From IMG/VR virus record IMGVR_UViG_2690316028_000008: a stretch of DNA of 7,242 bases; one strand, given 5' to 3'. The position numbers and the translations under genes were made by a program. Positions 6,148-7,242 of the stretch are shown here, in pieces; positions within the stretch are counted from its first letter, which is position 1, and each line of letters begins with the position of its first letter. Source of the DNA: a virus. Lineage: Duplodnaviria; Heunggongvirae; Uroviricota; Caudoviricetes. The notes under the pieces are model-generated. The model saw only the letters and a list, made by a program, of their open reading frames with translations. It made no database searches and was not told the DNA's origin.

Positions 6148-7057
6148 AAACAAAACCTCATGCTATAAAAACATCTTTTTAGTTGATATAGTTTATTGGG
6201 CCTAATCCAGAATTTGGTCCAGCTATGATCTGGACTAACCGGATAGCACGTTTCAATCTCTTGCCTCTAAGAACAGGCTCGAACGTGATAGCCAATTGGC
6301 TTCCCACTTAGCAAGTGAGACCTCGACCCACGCTACCGCCCTCAGTTGCATAGGCACTGCGTTTGTATGAACATTTACAAATGTTACTCATGTTATGGGT
6401 TTGGTCAATCTGGCAATAAGATAATTACGAAACTTTAGACTTATTACTTAAGTGGAGGTGGCGCGAGTCGCTAGCGAGTAAGACTGTCTCTTATATGTAC
6501 CAGAAGCACAACTGACGATGCTCCAAAATCATAGTCACCGCTGCGTAGCAAGCTGTGGCCTCTCGCTACTCCCGGGTGCCCCAGTTACAACGTTGTGGGT
6601 TGCATAAGAAATCTGTCCCGCCGGATTAGAGTGGTGGTGGATTACTGACTGTACTCTGCGTTCAATACAGAGACAGCCCGGAACAGGCAGTAATTGATGC
6701 CGGAACGAGACTATTTAAGAACAAACCGCCCCCGGTTAGCAGGATCGTCTCGGCCGGCAGGAAAGCATGCTAACACCTACATGAAGTCCCTGTCAGTGCA
6801 GGCCCCAGACTCAACACCACCAATCTACTTTTCACCACTGCGAAGTAAGGGGCGCTACGCCCGGTTATGCAGGGGCAGTTTTTCTCCTGTGCGCTTTTCG
6901 TTCCTCTATCGGCTTCCTGTTAATCGTTTCCCAACACAACCCGTCCCGCAAGGGTAAATGGCACGCATGCTGCGCCCTTGCAGGACAGAACGATGTCGGG
7001 AAAGCGAACCGTCAGGCGATACGAAGACGAAAATCACACACTGACGGAGAAAAAACG

Positions 7058-7237
7058 ATGACGATTTCCCTGCATACCACCCGGACAAGCGCCCCTAACA
7101 CCGCAGCGGCGACCAGCGTATCCCCGCTGGACCCGTCAGGCTCCTCAAAAACGAAATTTTCTAAAACCAGAACCGACATTTACCGTAAGCGTCGTCTGAG
7201 TACCGTCTGGTCCCGAATCCAGGATCCTGTAACTTAA
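7058..7237 (+). CDS. Hypothetical small protein (59 aa), Ser/Thr/Pro/Arg-rich
   Basis: ATG at 7058 preceded by GGAGA about 8 nt upstream; ORF runs to TAA at 7235-7237 (MTISLHTTRTSAPNTAAATSVSPLDPSGSSKTKFSKTRTDIYRKRRLSTVWSRIQDPVT). Just below the 60-aa ORF-track cutoff. No family recognised; could be a remnant. Confidence 0.3.
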   Translation: MTISLHTTRTSAPNTAAATSVSPLDPSGSSKTKFSKTRTDIYRKRRLSTVWSRIQDPVT

Positions 7238-7242
7238 GCACC

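Larger units (their letters stand above)
160..6200. other. Low-G+C compositional island carrying the six-gene minus-strand cluster (likely horizontally acquired)
   Basis: By-eye composition: the gene block is strongly AT-rich, whereas 1-160 and 6200-7242 are clearly G+C-richer. Boundaries are approximate; no direct repeats, integrase or tRNA detected in the window. Confidence 0.5.

Noticed and set aside
6145-6153. TTG at 6153 as the start codon of the TS-like gene (ORF-track maximum extent)
   Set aside because: The TTG is only 2 nt downstream of the GAGG Shine-Dalgarno, whereas the in-frame ATG at 6147 has 8-nt spacing; ATG 6147 is the more plausible initiation codon.
6484-6495. 12-nt exact match (CTGTCTCTTATA) to the start of the Tn5/IS50 mosaic-end sequence, with a partial inverted copy (AGAGACAG) near 6667-6674
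   Set aside because: Similarity stops after 12 nt (about 14 of 19 overall), there is no transposase gene or matching full inverted repeat or target-site duplication; most likely coincidence or at best a very decayed remnant.
6690-7057. Retron msr/msd-like structured RNA in the right flank, considered because OLD nucleases often accompany retrons
   Set aside because: No reverse transcriptase ORF is present in or adjacent to the structured region within the window, and the OLD gene is 5 kb away on the far side of the cluster.
6694-7088. ORFs 6694..6957 (+, 87 aa) and 6906..7088 (-, 60 aa) in the right flank
   Set aside because: They overlap each other, have Arg/Pro/Ser-rich translations typical of random G+C-rich frames, no recognisable motifs and no clear SD; more likely non-coding or decayed sequence.
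1-7242. CRISPR array, rRNA or tRNA genes
   Set aside because: No regularly spaced direct repeats and no tRNA-like cloverleaf signatures (for example a GTTCGAATC T-loop with an appropriate acceptor stem) were found on either strand.

Overview
This window is an AT-rich insertion of about 6 kb (roughly 160-6200), flanked on both sides by visibly G+C-richer sequence with no convincing long ORFs. It carries six co-directional minus-strand genes. In transcription order (high to low coordinate) they are: a thymidylate-synthase-superfamily enzyme with its catalytic Cys and phosphate-binding Arg residues intact plus an extra C-terminal region of about 115 aa; a small P-loop kinase resembling phage dNMP kinases; a 343-aa protein of unknown function with a helix-hairpin-helix-like motif; a ThsB-like TIR-domain protein; a 220-aa protein of unknown function; and, after a 340-bp gap, an OLD-family ABC-ATPase/Toprim nuclease whose natural reading frame carries an in-frame TAG at codon 9. 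The first five genes are packed with overlapping stop/start codons. I read this as a candidate, apparently undescribed defence or nucleotide/DNA-modification island. All functional calls rest on motifs I recognised by eye; no database search, HMM scan or structure prediction could be run, and compositional statements are by-eye estimates.
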